Assembly (NCBI GenBank): GCA_041918515.1
Contig: JAYRVO010000170.1
Coordinates: forward strand, 3,526 to 67,525
Reading direction: 5' to 3'
From: Chloroflexota bacterium
Lineage (GTDB): Bacteria > Chloroflexota > Anaerolineae > J102
DNA: 64,000 bases
Shown here: positions 39,957 through 49,160 of the stretch, piece after piece
Numbering within the stretch: the first letter of the stretch is position 1
Layout of the letters: every line of letters begins with the position of its first letter
Notes under the pieces: generated by a model
The model's input: the letters and a program-made list of their open reading frames with translations, nothing else
What the model was told of the DNA's origin: nothing
Database searches by the model: none
Translations under genes and position numbers: made by a program

Positions 39957-42900
39957 ATGGATACACCCAGCGCCTATATCCCAATTGACCGGCGTCACGC
40001 CCTGGCGCGCGGCGCAACACTACCGGAGCGCGCCGAGGGCGCGGCCCTCTTTGCCGATATCTCCGGCTTCACGCCGCTGACCGAGGCATTGGCGCTCGAA
40101 CTTGGCCCGCGTCGCGGCGCCGAAGAACTCACCGTCCACCTCAACCGCGTCTACGACGCCCTGATTGCCGAATTGGAACGCTACGGCGGCAGCGTGATCG
40201 GCTTCAGCGGCGACGCCATCACTTGCTGGCTGGATGGCGACGATGGCCGTCGCGCCACCGCCGCCGCACTGGCCATGCAACAAGCGATGCGCCGGTTCCA
40301 TGAAGTGCGCACGCACTCCGGGCGCATCGTCTCATTGGGGATGAAAGCGGCTGTGGCGACGGGGCCGGTGCGGCGCTTCGTCGTCGGCGACCCTGAGTAC
40401 TGTCTGGTGGACACAATGGCGGGAGCAACGCTGGAGCGGCTGGCCGCAGGCGAACACCAGGCCGAGCGCGGCGATGTCATCGTCGACGAGGCCACCGCTG
40501 ACAACTTGGGAGCCGGGCTCGTCGTCTCGGCCTGGCGGCAGGAGTCCGAAACCGGCCGCCGTTTCGCCGCCATCAGCGAGCTCAACCTGGCCGTGCCGGA
40601 AACCCCTTGGCCCGATCTTGGCGAAGCGGCTTTGGCGGGCGAGATCACATCATCTTGGGTGCTTCCACCCGTCTACGAGCGGCTGAGCGCCGGATTGGGC
40701 GAATTCCTGGCCGAGCTACGGTCGGCATTCGCCCTCTTCTGCCGCTTCACAGGCATTGACTACGACCGTGATCCAGAGGCGCCACAGAAGCTGGATCGTT
40801 TCGTCCGCGAGGTCGAGCGCATCCTCGCCCGCTTCGACGGTAGCCTGATCCAGCTCACCATCGGCGACAAGGGCAGCTATCTCTACGCCGCGTTCGGCGC
40901 GCCGATCGCCCACGAAGATGACGCCGAGCGTGCCTGCGCCGCCGCGCTAGAAATCCAAGAGCTGGCGACGACGCTGTCCTACATTGACGTGCTGCAAGTG
41001 GGCGTGACGACGGGCCGAATGCGCACGGGCGCCTATGGCAGCCGCACCCGGCGCACCTATGGCGTGCTGGGCGACGCCGTCAACCTGTCGGCGCGGCTGA
41101 TGTCGGCGGCGCGGCCAGGCCAAATCCTGGTCAGCGACGCCGCCCGCGCCGCTGCTGGCGATCGTTTCGCCTGGGAGGTGTTGCCGGCGATCCGCGTCAA
41201 AGGCAAGAGCGAGCCGGTGGCGCTGGCGCGGCTAGTGGGGCTGAAGCGAGCCGAAACTGTGCGCCTGCAGGAGCCAGTCTACCATCTGCCGATGGTGGGC
41301 CGCGCCACAGAACTGGCGCTCGCCGGCCAGCAGATCGAGCGGATGGCCGCCGGCCAAGGCCAGATCATCGCCATCACCGCCGAAGCCGGCATGGGCAAGA
41401 GCCGCCTGGCCGCCGAAGTAATGCGCCTGGCGCGCAACCGGCTACGCGGGCTGGTCGCCCTGGGAGGCGAATGCCAGTCATACGGCGCCACCACCGCCTA
41501 CCTGGTGTGGCAGAACATTTGGCGTGGATTCTTTGATTTGGATGGGGGTCTTTCGCTCGAAGCCCAGGTTGCCGCCATCCACGAACAGCTAGAGCGGCTC
41601 GATCCCAACCTGCTACCGCGCTTGCCCTTGCTCGGCGCCGTGCTCAACCTCGCCATCCCCGACAATGATCTGACACGCGGCCTGGACGCCAAGACCCGTC
41701 GCTCCGCGCTCGAAGACATGCTGGTGCAACTCGTGCGCGCCCGCGCCCGCACAGCGCCTGTGTTGCTCGTGCTGGAAGATTGCCACTGGCTGGACGACCT
41801 CTCGCGTGAGCTGATCGGTGTTGTCGGGCGCGCCATCGCCGGCCTGCCGGTGCTGATGCTACTGGTCTACCGCCCGCCCGATCAAGCCGGCGAGCAGGCG
41901 CCACCCGTTGGCCAATTGCCGCACTTCACCGAAATCGCCCTGACCGAGTTCACCCCCGCCGAAACCGAGCAGCTCGTGGCGCTCAAGCTGGCGCAGTTCT
42001 TCGGCGAGGGCACGGCTGTGCCCTCAGCGCTGCTGGAACGTGTGAGCACGCAGGCCGCCGGCAATCCATTTTACATCGAGGAGCTGCTCAACTATCTGAA
42101 AGATCTCGGCATTGCCCCGACCGACACAGCCGCCATCGCCGCCGTGGATTTGCCCACGAGCATCTATGCGCTGGTGCTCAGCCGCATCGATCAGCTCAAC
42201 GAAAGCCAGCAGTTGACGATCAAGATTGCCAGCGTCATCGGCCGCCTGTTTCGCGCCGCCATGGTCTGGGGCATCTATCCCGATCTGCCTACCGGCGAGG
42301 TGCAGCGCAACCTCGATCTGCTGAACAACCTGGAATTGACTCCCCTCGACACGCCCGACCCCGAGCTGGCCTATCTGTTCAAACACATCACCACGCAGCA
42401 GGTGGCCTACGAGAGCCTGCTCTACGCCACCCGCGAAATGCTGCATGAACAGATTGGCGGCTACATCGAGCGCGCCTACGCCGCCACGCTCGACCAATAC
42501 ATCCACTTGCTGGCCTATCACTACGATCACAGCGCCAACCTGGAGAAAAAGCGACACTACCTGCTGCAGGCTGGCCGGCTGGCGCGCCGCGCCTACGCCA
42601 ACAGCGCCGCCATCATCTACTTCGAAAAAGCGTTGCCACTGCTTGAGGGCCGCACCCTGGTGGATGCGCGGCTGGATTTGGGCAAGGTGCTGGAATTGAC
42701 CGGCGCCTGGGATGTCGCTCGTGACCAGTACGACACGGCGCTGGCCGAGGCAGCCGGTCTCGACGACCGCTCGGCCGTGGCCTGGTGCCAGACGGCCCTG
42801 GGCGAACTGAGCCGCAAGCGCAGCCGCTACGATGAGGCGCTCGACTGGTTCGGGCAAGCGCTGATAACCTTCGATAATCTTGGCGATCAGGCGGGGATGG

Positions 42901-43637
42901 GGCAGTTGTTGCACTACACCGGCACGCTGGCCGCGCAGCAGGGCAATTTTGTGCTCGCCAACCAGCGCTACACCGCCAGCCTGGAGCTGCGGCGGACGCT
43001 GGGCGACCGCGAGAATGAGGCCAACGTCCTCAACAACCTGGGCATTGTGGCCCGCTATCTGGGCAACAATGACGCCGCCCGCGGCTACCATGAGGCGGCG
43101 CTGGTCATTCAGGAGGAGTTGGGCAACCGCTGGACGACCGCAGCGATCCACAACAATCTCGGGCACATGGCGATTGACAGCGGCGACCTGGGCTATGCCC
43201 GCCGCCAGTTGGAGCAGGCGCTACTGGTGTTCCGCGAGATCGGCGAGCGCTGGGCGATCACCAATACGCTGCACAATCTGGCGAACGTGGCGCGCGATGA
43301 GGGGGATGCGTCTGAGGCACGGCGGCTTTATCGGGAAAGTCTGGATGGCTGGCAGATGCTCAACGACCGTTGGGGATTGGCGTACTGGCTGGAGGATGTG
43401 GCGCTGCTTCACGTTCGCCAGCAAGCGCCGACCCGGGCCTTCGAGCTGATCGGCGCGGCCGATGGGCTGCGCGAGGCTGTCGGCAATCCGCGTCCCCCCG
43501 CCTATGCCGGCAAACTTGAGACACGGCTGGCGCCGGCCGCCGCGTTGCTGACCGAGACCGACCGTGCTGCGGCCCTTCTGCGCGGCCGCGGCCTCTCGAT
43601 TGATGCCGCTATCACCCAGGCGTTTGCCGATGGGTAG
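39957..43637 (+). CDS. adenylate/guanylate cyclase with two tandem class III cyclase-homology domains, a STAND (AAA) ATPase and C-terminal TPR repeats
   Basis: CHD1 is LFADISGFTPLTE...FSGDAITCW. CHD2 is LIQLTIGDKGSYLYAAFGAP...GDAVNLSARL. The P-loop is AEAGMGKSRLAAE. TPR-like NLG(I/H)...G motifs recur toward the C-terminus. Confidence 0.85.
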   Translation: MDTPSAYIPIDRRHALARGATLPERAEGAALFADISGFTPLTEALALELGPRRGAEELTVHLNRVYDALIAELERYGGSVIGFSGDAITCWLDGDDGRRATAAALAMQQAMRRFHEVRTHSGRIVSLGMKAAVATGPVRRFVVGDPEYCLVDTMAGATLERLAAGEHQAERGDVIVDEATADNLGAGLVVSAWRQESETGRRFAAISELNLAVPETPWPDLGEAALAGEITSSWVLPPVYERLSAGLGEFLAELRSAFALFCRFTGIDYDRDPEAPQKLDRFVREVERILARFDGSLIQLTIGDKGSYLYAAFGAPIAHEDDAERACAAALEIQELATTLSYIDVLQVGVTTGRMRTGAYGSRTRRTYGVLGDAVNLSARLMSAARPGQILVSDAARAAAGDRFAWEVLPAIRVKGKSEPVALARLVGLKRAETVRLQEPVYHLPMVGRATELALAGQQIERMAAGQGQIIAITAEAGMGKSRLAAEVMRLARNRLRGLVALGGECQSYGATTAYLVWQNIWRGFFDLDGGLSLEAQVAAIHEQLERLDPNLLPRLPLLGAVLNLAIPDNDLTRGLDAKTRRSALEDMLVQLVRARARTAPVLLVLEDCHWLDDLSRELIGVVGRAIAGLPVLMLLVYRPPDQAGEQAPPVGQLPHFTEIALTEFTPAETEQLVALKLAQFFGEGTAVPSALLERVSTQAAGNPFYIEELLNYLKDLGIAPTDTAAIAAVDLPTSIYALVLSRIDQLNESQQLTIKIASVIGRLFRAAMVWGIYPDLPTGEVQRNLDLLNNLELTPLDTPDPELAYLFKHITTQQVAYESLLYATREMLHEQIGGYIERAYAATLDQYIHLLAYHYDHSANLEKKRHYLLQAGRLARRAYANSAAIIYFEKALPLLEGRTLVDARLDLGKVLELTGAWDVARDQYDTALAEAAGLDDRSAVAWCQTALGELSRKRSRYDEALDWFGQALITFDNLGDQAGMGQLLHYTGTLAAQQGNFVLANQRYTASLELRRTLGDRENEANVLNNLGIVARYLGNNDAARGYHEAALVIQEELGNRWTTAAIHNNLGHMAIDSGDLGYARRQLEQALLVFREIGERWAITNTLHNLANVARDEGDASEARRLYRESLDGWQMLNDRWGLAYWLEDVALLHVRQQAPTRAFELIGAADGLREAVGNPRPPAYAGKLETRLAPAAALLTETDRAAALLRGRGLSIDAAITQAFADG

Positions 43638-43670
43638 GCGAAACCTGACACTCGAAAGGAACTTCGGAGG

Positions 43671-45896
43671 ATGACCCTACAACCATCTGCGCCTGTCGGC
43701 ATGATTGCCACTTTGCGCCGGTCGCTGGCGGCCTGGCGACGGCACTGGCGGCTTGGCCTGCTGATCCTGCTGGCCCTGTTCATCCAGCAGCTATTTCAGA
43801 CCTTTTTCGCGTACGCGCTCAAGTTGATCGTAGATTCCGTTCAGAAGGGCACAGCGATGTCGGGGCTGGTGGTGATTCTGTTCGCCCTGGCGTTCGGGTT
43901 CGTCATCAACGCCTTTGCTGCGCTCGGTGGCGATCGACTGGTCGCGCGAGCATCAGGCCTTCTCATGGGCGACTTGCGTCGCCAGCTCTACGAGAAGCTG
44001 CTCGGAATGTCGGCCGCCTTCTATGCGCGCATGCCGCCGGGCGACATCCTTTCGCGCTTCACGAGTGATCTGGATGTGATCCAACTCGGCTTCACGATGG
44101 CGACCTTCAACACCACGCTGTTGCTGCTGGGGCTGATCATCAACTTGCCGGTGATGTTCTCGCTCTCAGGGCTACTCGCCGTGGAGACGTTACTCCTCCT
44201 GCCACTGATCCTCATTTTCGCCCGCTATTTTGTGCCGAGGGCAGGCGAGACGACCTATCTCTTCAAGCAGGCGCAAGGCGCGCTTACAAATACGGTGCAG
44301 GAAACGGTGCGCGCCCAGATGGTCGTCAAGGCGTTTGGCCTGCAGGAGTTCTTGAACCATCGTTTCGGCGGTGCGGTGGCAGACCTGACCGAGGCGACTG
44401 TGCGCTCCAGGTTCGCCATTGCTATCGTCAGCAAGGGATCGGCCCTGCTGCTGCTGCTGATCCAGATCGTGGTGGTGATGACCGGCGCGCTCCTGGCGCT
44501 GCGCGGCGAGATGTCGGCCGGGTCGCTGGTGGCGTTCATCAGCATCCTCGGCGTGGTCACCAACGACACGCTTCAGTTCGCCAAGCTCGTCGTGCCCGCG
44601 CTGATCGACGCCGGCAGCGGCTTCCGCCGCCTTGATGAGATTCTGCAAGCAGCGTCCACCGTGGTTGATCAGCCGGATGCGCGGCCGCTGGCGCGTCTCA
44701 GCAACGAGATCCGCTTTGACCAGGTTGACTTCGGCTATACCCGCGAGCATCTCCACCTGTCACATCTCTCCCTGACGATCCGCCAGGGCCAGGCGGTCGC
44801 ATTTGTCGGCCCGAGCGGCAGCGGCAAGAGCACCGTGCTCGGCCTCTTGCAGCGTTTTTACGAGCCATTGCGAGGACGCGTCCTCCTGGATGACCAGGAC
44901 ATCTGCGCGGCGACCCAGGATTCTTTGCACAGCCAGATCGGCGTGGTCTTTCAAGAGAACTTCCTGTTCAACACCTCTATCCGGGAGAATATCCGCCTGG
45001 CGCGGACGCAGGCGACCGATGACGAGATCGAAAAGGCTGCTCGCGCCGCCGAAATCCATGATCTGATCATGACATTGCCGCACGGCTATGACACAGGCGT
45101 GGGCGAGGCTGGCGGACGACTCTCTGGTGGCCAACGACAGCGCATCGCCATCGCTCGCGCCATCCTGCGCGACCCGGCCATCCTCATTCTCGACGAGGCG
45201 ACCTCCGCGCTGGACCCCGGCACCGAGGCAGCCATCAACGAGACGATCGGCCATCTCACCCGCGGGCGCACCGTCATCTCCGTCACACATCGGCTGGCCT
45301 CGGTAACGGGATTGGATCAGATCTTTGTCATGCAGAAGGGCAAGCTGGTCGAGCAGGGTACGCACCGCTCGTTATTGGAACAGCGCGGTCTCTATTACCA
45401 TCTTTGGCAGAAACAGAGCGGCTTCGAGATCAGCGGCGACGGTCGCTTCGCTCAGGTGGATGCCGTGCGCCTCAAGCGCATGCGTCTTTTCGAGCAGGTT
45501 GAGATGGACAGGCTATCTCATTTCGCCGATCAATTCCACTCGGAATTCTTCGACGCCGGGCGGAATGTCATCGTGCAAGGTGAAGTGGGTGACAAGCTTT
45601 ATTTGATCGTGCGCGGGACCGTCGATGTTCTGGTGTTGGACCAGGAAGGTAAGGAACAGCATATCGAAAGGCTGGAGGACGGCGATCATTTCGGCGAGAT
45701 GGCATTGTTGCTCGATCAGCCGCGCAGCGCCACCATTCGCACGGTGACGCCGAGTCTCTTGCTCAGCCTATCGCGCGAGCAGCTTTTCCTAGTGCTCGAA
45801 CGTTTCCCAGAATGCCGGCCTGCCATCGAGCAACGCATTGCCCAAAGCCAATCCAATCTGGCCGCATTGCAGAGTCGCGCGGCAAAACCGTCATGA
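43671..45896 (+). CDS. ABC exporter (fused TMD and NBD) with a C-terminal cyclic nucleotide-binding domain
   Basis: Six TM helices, Walker A GPSGSGKST, signature LSGGQRQR and Walker B ILILDEATS. A cNMP-binding domain follows (LYLIVRGTVDVL...GEMALLLDQPRSATIRTV). Confidence 0.85.
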   Translation: MTLQPSAPVGMIATLRRSLAAWRRHWRLGLLILLALFIQQLFQTFFAYALKLIVDSVQKGTAMSGLVVILFALAFGFVINAFAALGGDRLVARASGLLMGDLRRQLYEKLLGMSAAFYARMPPGDILSRFTSDLDVIQLGFTMATFNTTLLLLGLIINLPVMFSLSGLLAVETLLLLPLILIFARYFVPRAGETTYLFKQAQGALTNTVQETVRAQMVVKAFGLQEFLNHRFGGAVADLTEATVRSRFAIAIVSKGSALLLLLIQIVVVMTGALLALRGEMSAGSLVAFISILGVVTNDTLQFAKLVVPALIDAGSGFRRLDEILQAASTVVDQPDARPLARLSNEIRFDQVDFGYTREHLHLSHLSLTIRQGQAVAFVGPSGSGKSTVLGLLQRFYEPLRGRVLLDDQDICAATQDSLHSQIGVVFQENFLFNTSIRENIRLARTQATDDEIEKAARAAEIHDLIMTLPHGYDTGVGEAGGRLSGGQRQRIAIARAILRDPAILILDEATSALDPGTEAAINETIGHLTRGRTVISVTHRLASVTGLDQIFVMQKGKLVEQGTHRSLLEQRGLYYHLWQKQSGFEISGDGRFAQVDAVRLKRMRLFEQVEMDRLSHFADQFHSEFFDAGRNVIVQGEVGDKLYLIVRGTVDVLVLDQEGKEQHIERLEDGDHFGEMALLLDQPRSATIRTVTPSLLLSLSREQLFLVLERFPECRPAIEQRIAQSQSNLAALQSRAAKPS

Positions 45897-45951
45897 TCGG
45901 CATAGCCGACCTTGCTAACAAGGTTACGCGGGCTACGTGCAGGAGTAGAAA

Positions 45952-46569
45952 ATGTCTGTGAGCGATCCTGATTTCGAAGGCGCCGTCGCCTACGCGCTTG
46001 GGCGGCTGACCGTCGAACTACCCAACTGCTATGTTTATCATAGCGTGGTTCATACGCGGGACGAAGTGCTGCCGGCCGTCGAGCGTCTGGCCACGGCAAG
46101 CAACATCTCGGGCAGAGACTTCGGCTTGTTACGGGTGGCTGCCGCTTTCCACGATATCGGGTTTATCTACCGCGCCCAAGGCCATGAGATTTGCGGCGTC
46201 CGTATTGCAGCCCAGGTGCTGCCGGGATTCGGCTTCGATGATGAAGCCATCGAGTCTATCCTGGGCATGATCCTGGCCACGCGCCTGCCCCAAAGCCCCC
46301 GCAACCTGATGGAAGAGTTGTTGGCGGATGCCGATCTGGACGCTTTGAGACGAGACGATTTCTTGGAACGCAATGCCGCCCTCGAACAGGAAATGGAGCG
46401 GCTGGGCCGCGGGGTGGAGCCGGCCCAATGGTACGCCGATCAGCTTGCGTTTATGCGCGGCCACAGCTACTTCACCGCCGCGGCCCAAGAACTGTGTGGG
46501 CCAGGAAAGGCGCGCAATCTGCGACGTCTGGAAACGCGGTTGGCGGCCGCGACGAAGTCAAGGAGGTGA
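45952..46569 (+). CDS. HD-domain phosphohydrolase
   Basis: The H..HD motif AAAFHDIGF is present. RBS AGGAG 7 nt upstream. It is the last gene of the co-directional cluster. Confidence 0.65.
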   Translation: MSVSDPDFEGAVAYALGRLTVELPNCYVYHSVVHTRDEVLPAVERLATASNISGRDFGLLRVAAAFHDIGFIYRAQGHEICGVRIAAQVLPGFGFDDEAIESILGMILATRLPQSPRNLMEELLADADLDALRRDDFLERNAALEQEMERLGRGVEPAQWYADQLAFMRGHSYFTAAAQELCGPGKARNLRRLETRLAAATKSRR

Positions 46570-46647
46570 CATGATTTTGCGCGAATTGTGGTGCAGGATT
46601 TCGGCAAGGGGATGCCCAGAGCGTGTGGCGCAGGTGTTCGATGCTTT

Positions 46648-47367
46648 CTACTCGACGCGCCCGATCTCTCCTTCGATCACGACCTGATAGGTTCGGAGCG
46701 GGTCGCGGGCGGGGCCGGCCAATACGGCGCCATTGCTCACGTCGAACTGGGAGCCATGGAGAAAACAGGTGACAGTCTTGCCGTCGAGATCGCCTTCACT
46801 GAGAGGGCCGCCGACGTGCGTGCAGGCGTCTTGCGTGGCATAGAAATGGCCTTCGACGTTGAAGACGGCTACGTTGTTGCTATCGACCTGGACGCGGCGG
46901 ATCTGTCCCGGTGGAATATCAGCGAGGCGGAATTGGTTGGGTTGGAGAGTCGGCGATGGAGCTGCCGCTTGTCCTGCGCTGGTCGTAGCGGGTTCGCTGA
47001 CGGGGATTTTCAGATACACCTGGCCATCGCTCACCACGATCGGGTAGTTGTCCAGTTTGGCGCTGGGGTCCAACAGACATTGCCCAGTAGTCACGCTATA
47101 GGGTAAACCATGCCAGGGGCAGACGAGTGTGTCGTTTGTCAGGCTGCCCGTGGCCACCGGGCCGCCGCGATGCACGCAACTGTTGCGCAAGGCATACCAC
47201 TGGCCTTTGTGATGAAAGACGCCGATAGAGAGGCCCTCTACTTGCACGATCTTGCGCTCTCCATCGGGAATCTCGGCGGCGACGGCAATGCGAACTTCCT
47301 TCAACGTCGCCGGCGGGGCTTCGCCCATCTCGTGGGCAACCGCTTCCTGCGCCATCTCATCCACCAA
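46648..47367 (-). CDS. tandem Rieske [2Fe-2S] domain protein (two NirD-like Rieske modules)
   Basis: CVHRGGP...CPWHG and CTHVGGP...CFLHG. The start is uncertain (47355 or 47328) and overlaps the 3' end of the upstream gene. Confidence 0.75.
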   Translation of the reverse strand: MVDEMAQEAVAHEMGEAPPATLKEVRIAVAAEIPDGERKIVQVEGLSIGVFHHKGQWYALRNSCVHRGGPVATGSLTNDTLVCPWHGLPYSVTTGQCLLDPSAKLDNYPIVVSDGQVYLKIPVSEPATTSAGQAAAPSPTLQPNQFRLADIPPGQIRRVQVDSNNVAVFNVEGHFYATQDACTHVGGPLSEGDLDGKTVTCFLHGSQFDVSNGAVLAGPARDPLRTYQVVIEGEIGRVE

Positions 47368-47963
47368 GTCCTGATCGACGGGCGCTGGGCCTGGAATGTC
47401 TCGGCCTCGCGCTCGTTGCCGTAGGCGCGGGCGAGCAGCTCGAGTAGAACCATCAAAAGCTTGTCCCAGGCTTCCACGGCTCGGAGTTCCAGATCATCGT
47501 CGATCCCGCGCAGCTCGCGAACGAGCGCCTCGCTGATGGCGTGCTGCATCATCCCTACCTGGCCGATGACGTAGCGTTCGGGGATGTAGATGTTGGGATC
47601 AGCACCGTGGGCGGTGTGTGCGCGACCGACGTAATCGACATAACGAGCATATTCGTCATCGAACAGGCCGTTGGCGGTGCGCAGCCAGAAATTGGTCAGA
47701 TGGCGCATGCGCAGTTCGATGTAGTCGTGATTGAGGCTGCCATCCTTTTTGAGGAAGAAGCGGCGCGTGGGTGGATAGCGCAAGAGGTGGGCGTAGAATT
47801 GGGCCACGATCTGGGGCAGATGCTTGACCACCAAGGGGCCGGTCTGGCGAATGATTTGGGTGTCCTCTGTGCTGAAGCCAACGAATTCGGCCATGTAGCG
47901 AAAGTAGCGACCGGCGTCTTCGCCGCCTTGCTTGGAAGAGATCTGCAGTGGGGTGAGGCTCAT
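47301..47963 (-). CDS. protoglobin-family globin (globin-sensor domain) protein
   Basis: YMAEFVGFSTEDTQIIRQTGPLVVKHLPQIVAQFYAHLL...FFLKKDGSLNHDYIELRMRHLTNFWL matches the protoglobin pattern. The Arg-rich C-terminal tail may be an overlap artefact. Confidence 0.65.
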   Translation of the reverse strand: MSLTPLQISSKQGGEDAGRYFRYMAEFVGFSTEDTQIIRQTGPLVVKHLPQIVAQFYAHLLRYPPTRRFFLKKDGSLNHDYIELRMRHLTNFWLRTANGLFDDEYARYVDYVGRAHTAHGADPNIYIPERYVIGQVGMMQHAISEALVRELRGIDDDLELRAVEAWDKLLMVLLELLARAYGNEREAETFQAQRPSIRTWWMRWRRKRLPTRWAKPRRRR

Positions 47964-48049
47964 CGTTAAGTTTTCCTTTCAAGGTTGTCATGATTTCTGT
48001 GTGACTGCCATCGCCGATGCGGCCGGAGAAGGCAGGAAATCTATCGGAT

Positions 48050-49132
48050 TTACAGTCCCATCAACCGTTTCAGAATCGACTGCATGATCCAAACGATCAG
48101 GGGCAAGAGGATCGCGGTCAAGAAGCTCGCCAGCGTGCCCGGTTGCCAGGGCCAGGTGGGAATCTTGGCGATCACGCCCCGTTCGACGAGCAGGGCGTCT
48201 ATGATTTCGCGCAACGGGCCCAACGAAGGCGTCGCCTCGGTCTCGCCCTCTCCGGTTGCATCGATATAGTGGTGGAGCGCTGCAAATGCTGTTTGGAGAC
48301 GATGGTCGATCTCTTCCAGATGTTGTGTCTTGATGTTGTGAATGCGGGTATGGATGTCGAACAGCGTCGTCAAAAACGAAGCCGTGATGCCAGCGAGGAT
48401 GAGAGCGGCGCCGCTGATCCAGGGGATATTGCGCGCGAGCGCCGGATAAAAGATCACGCCGGAATAGATGATGATCAGCCAGCCGATGCCCATGCGCAAA
48501 GTCAGGGCAGAAAAGGCGTAGAGTTGGTTGGCGCGAAATAGATCGAGTTTGGTCGCCTGCCCATAGGTGCGACGGATGAGGCGGAGCTGCCGGAAAGTGA
48601 GGTAGATGGCAACGAAGGCTATTGCCATGCCCAGCATACTTAGGGTCATGTTGACGATGGCGGCGAGCGGCGTGACCATGAATGGCTGGGCTGTCTCGGG
48701 GAACAAGCGCAAGGAGCCAAATGCCAACAGCGCCCCTGCGATATTGCCGAAGAGCACGCCGCGCATCGGCATCACCGTGAACTCGTGGCGAAGTCTGGTG
48801 AAGCCGGCGTCATCTTGGTCGAGGGCAGGACGAAACGCAACGAGCGCCTCGGCAGCAGTATGCTCGATATAATAGACGAATCCCAGGCAGTAGGGCATCC
48901 ACGTATTCACGAGCAGAATGCGCGTATCCAAATGCCAGCGCGGCACGATGCCCTCATGCCAGCAGATGATGTGCACCAATGTCACGGGCACAATCCACAA
49001 CCCGGCCAGCACCACAGGAATCGACACGGGCAGTCTGTCCATCCAGCGCAACAAACGATCGATCCAGCTAGGCGGATAGGGTTTGATCATAGATGGTTGT
49101 GATGGGATTGAGGCGATTTCGTCCGTATTCAT
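48050..49132 (-). CDS. hypothetical polytopic membrane protein
   Basis: A 360-aa ORF with multiple TM helices and no family call. Confidence 0.5.
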   Translation of the reverse strand: MNTDEIASIPSQPSMIKPYPPSWIDRLLRWMDRLPVSIPVVLAGLWIVPVTLVHIICWHEGIVPRWHLDTRILLVNTWMPYCLGFVYYIEHTAAEALVAFRPALDQDDAGFTRLRHEFTVMPMRGVLFGNIAGALLAFGSLRLFPETAQPFMVTPLAAIVNMTLSMLGMAIAFVAIYLTFRQLRLIRRTYGQATKLDLFRANQLYAFSALTLRMGIGWLIIIYSGVIFYPALARNIPWISGAALILAGITASFLTTLFDIHTRIHNIKTQHLEEIDHRLQTAFAALHHYIDATGEGETEATPSLGPLREIIDALLVERGVIAKIPTWPWQPGTLASFLTAILLPLIVWIMQSILKRLMGL

Positions 49133-49160
49133 AGCGCGAAGCGCGCGGGTAGTGGAGAAA

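Noticed and set aside
38415-39998. 527-aa minus-strand ORF across the oxidoreductase gene
   Set aside because: It is antisense to a gene with clear Fe-S and FAD motifs and has no motifs of its own.
42024-43166. 380-aa minus-strand ORF inside the cyclase/STAND gene
   Set aside because: A shadow ORF opposite the well-supported TPR region.
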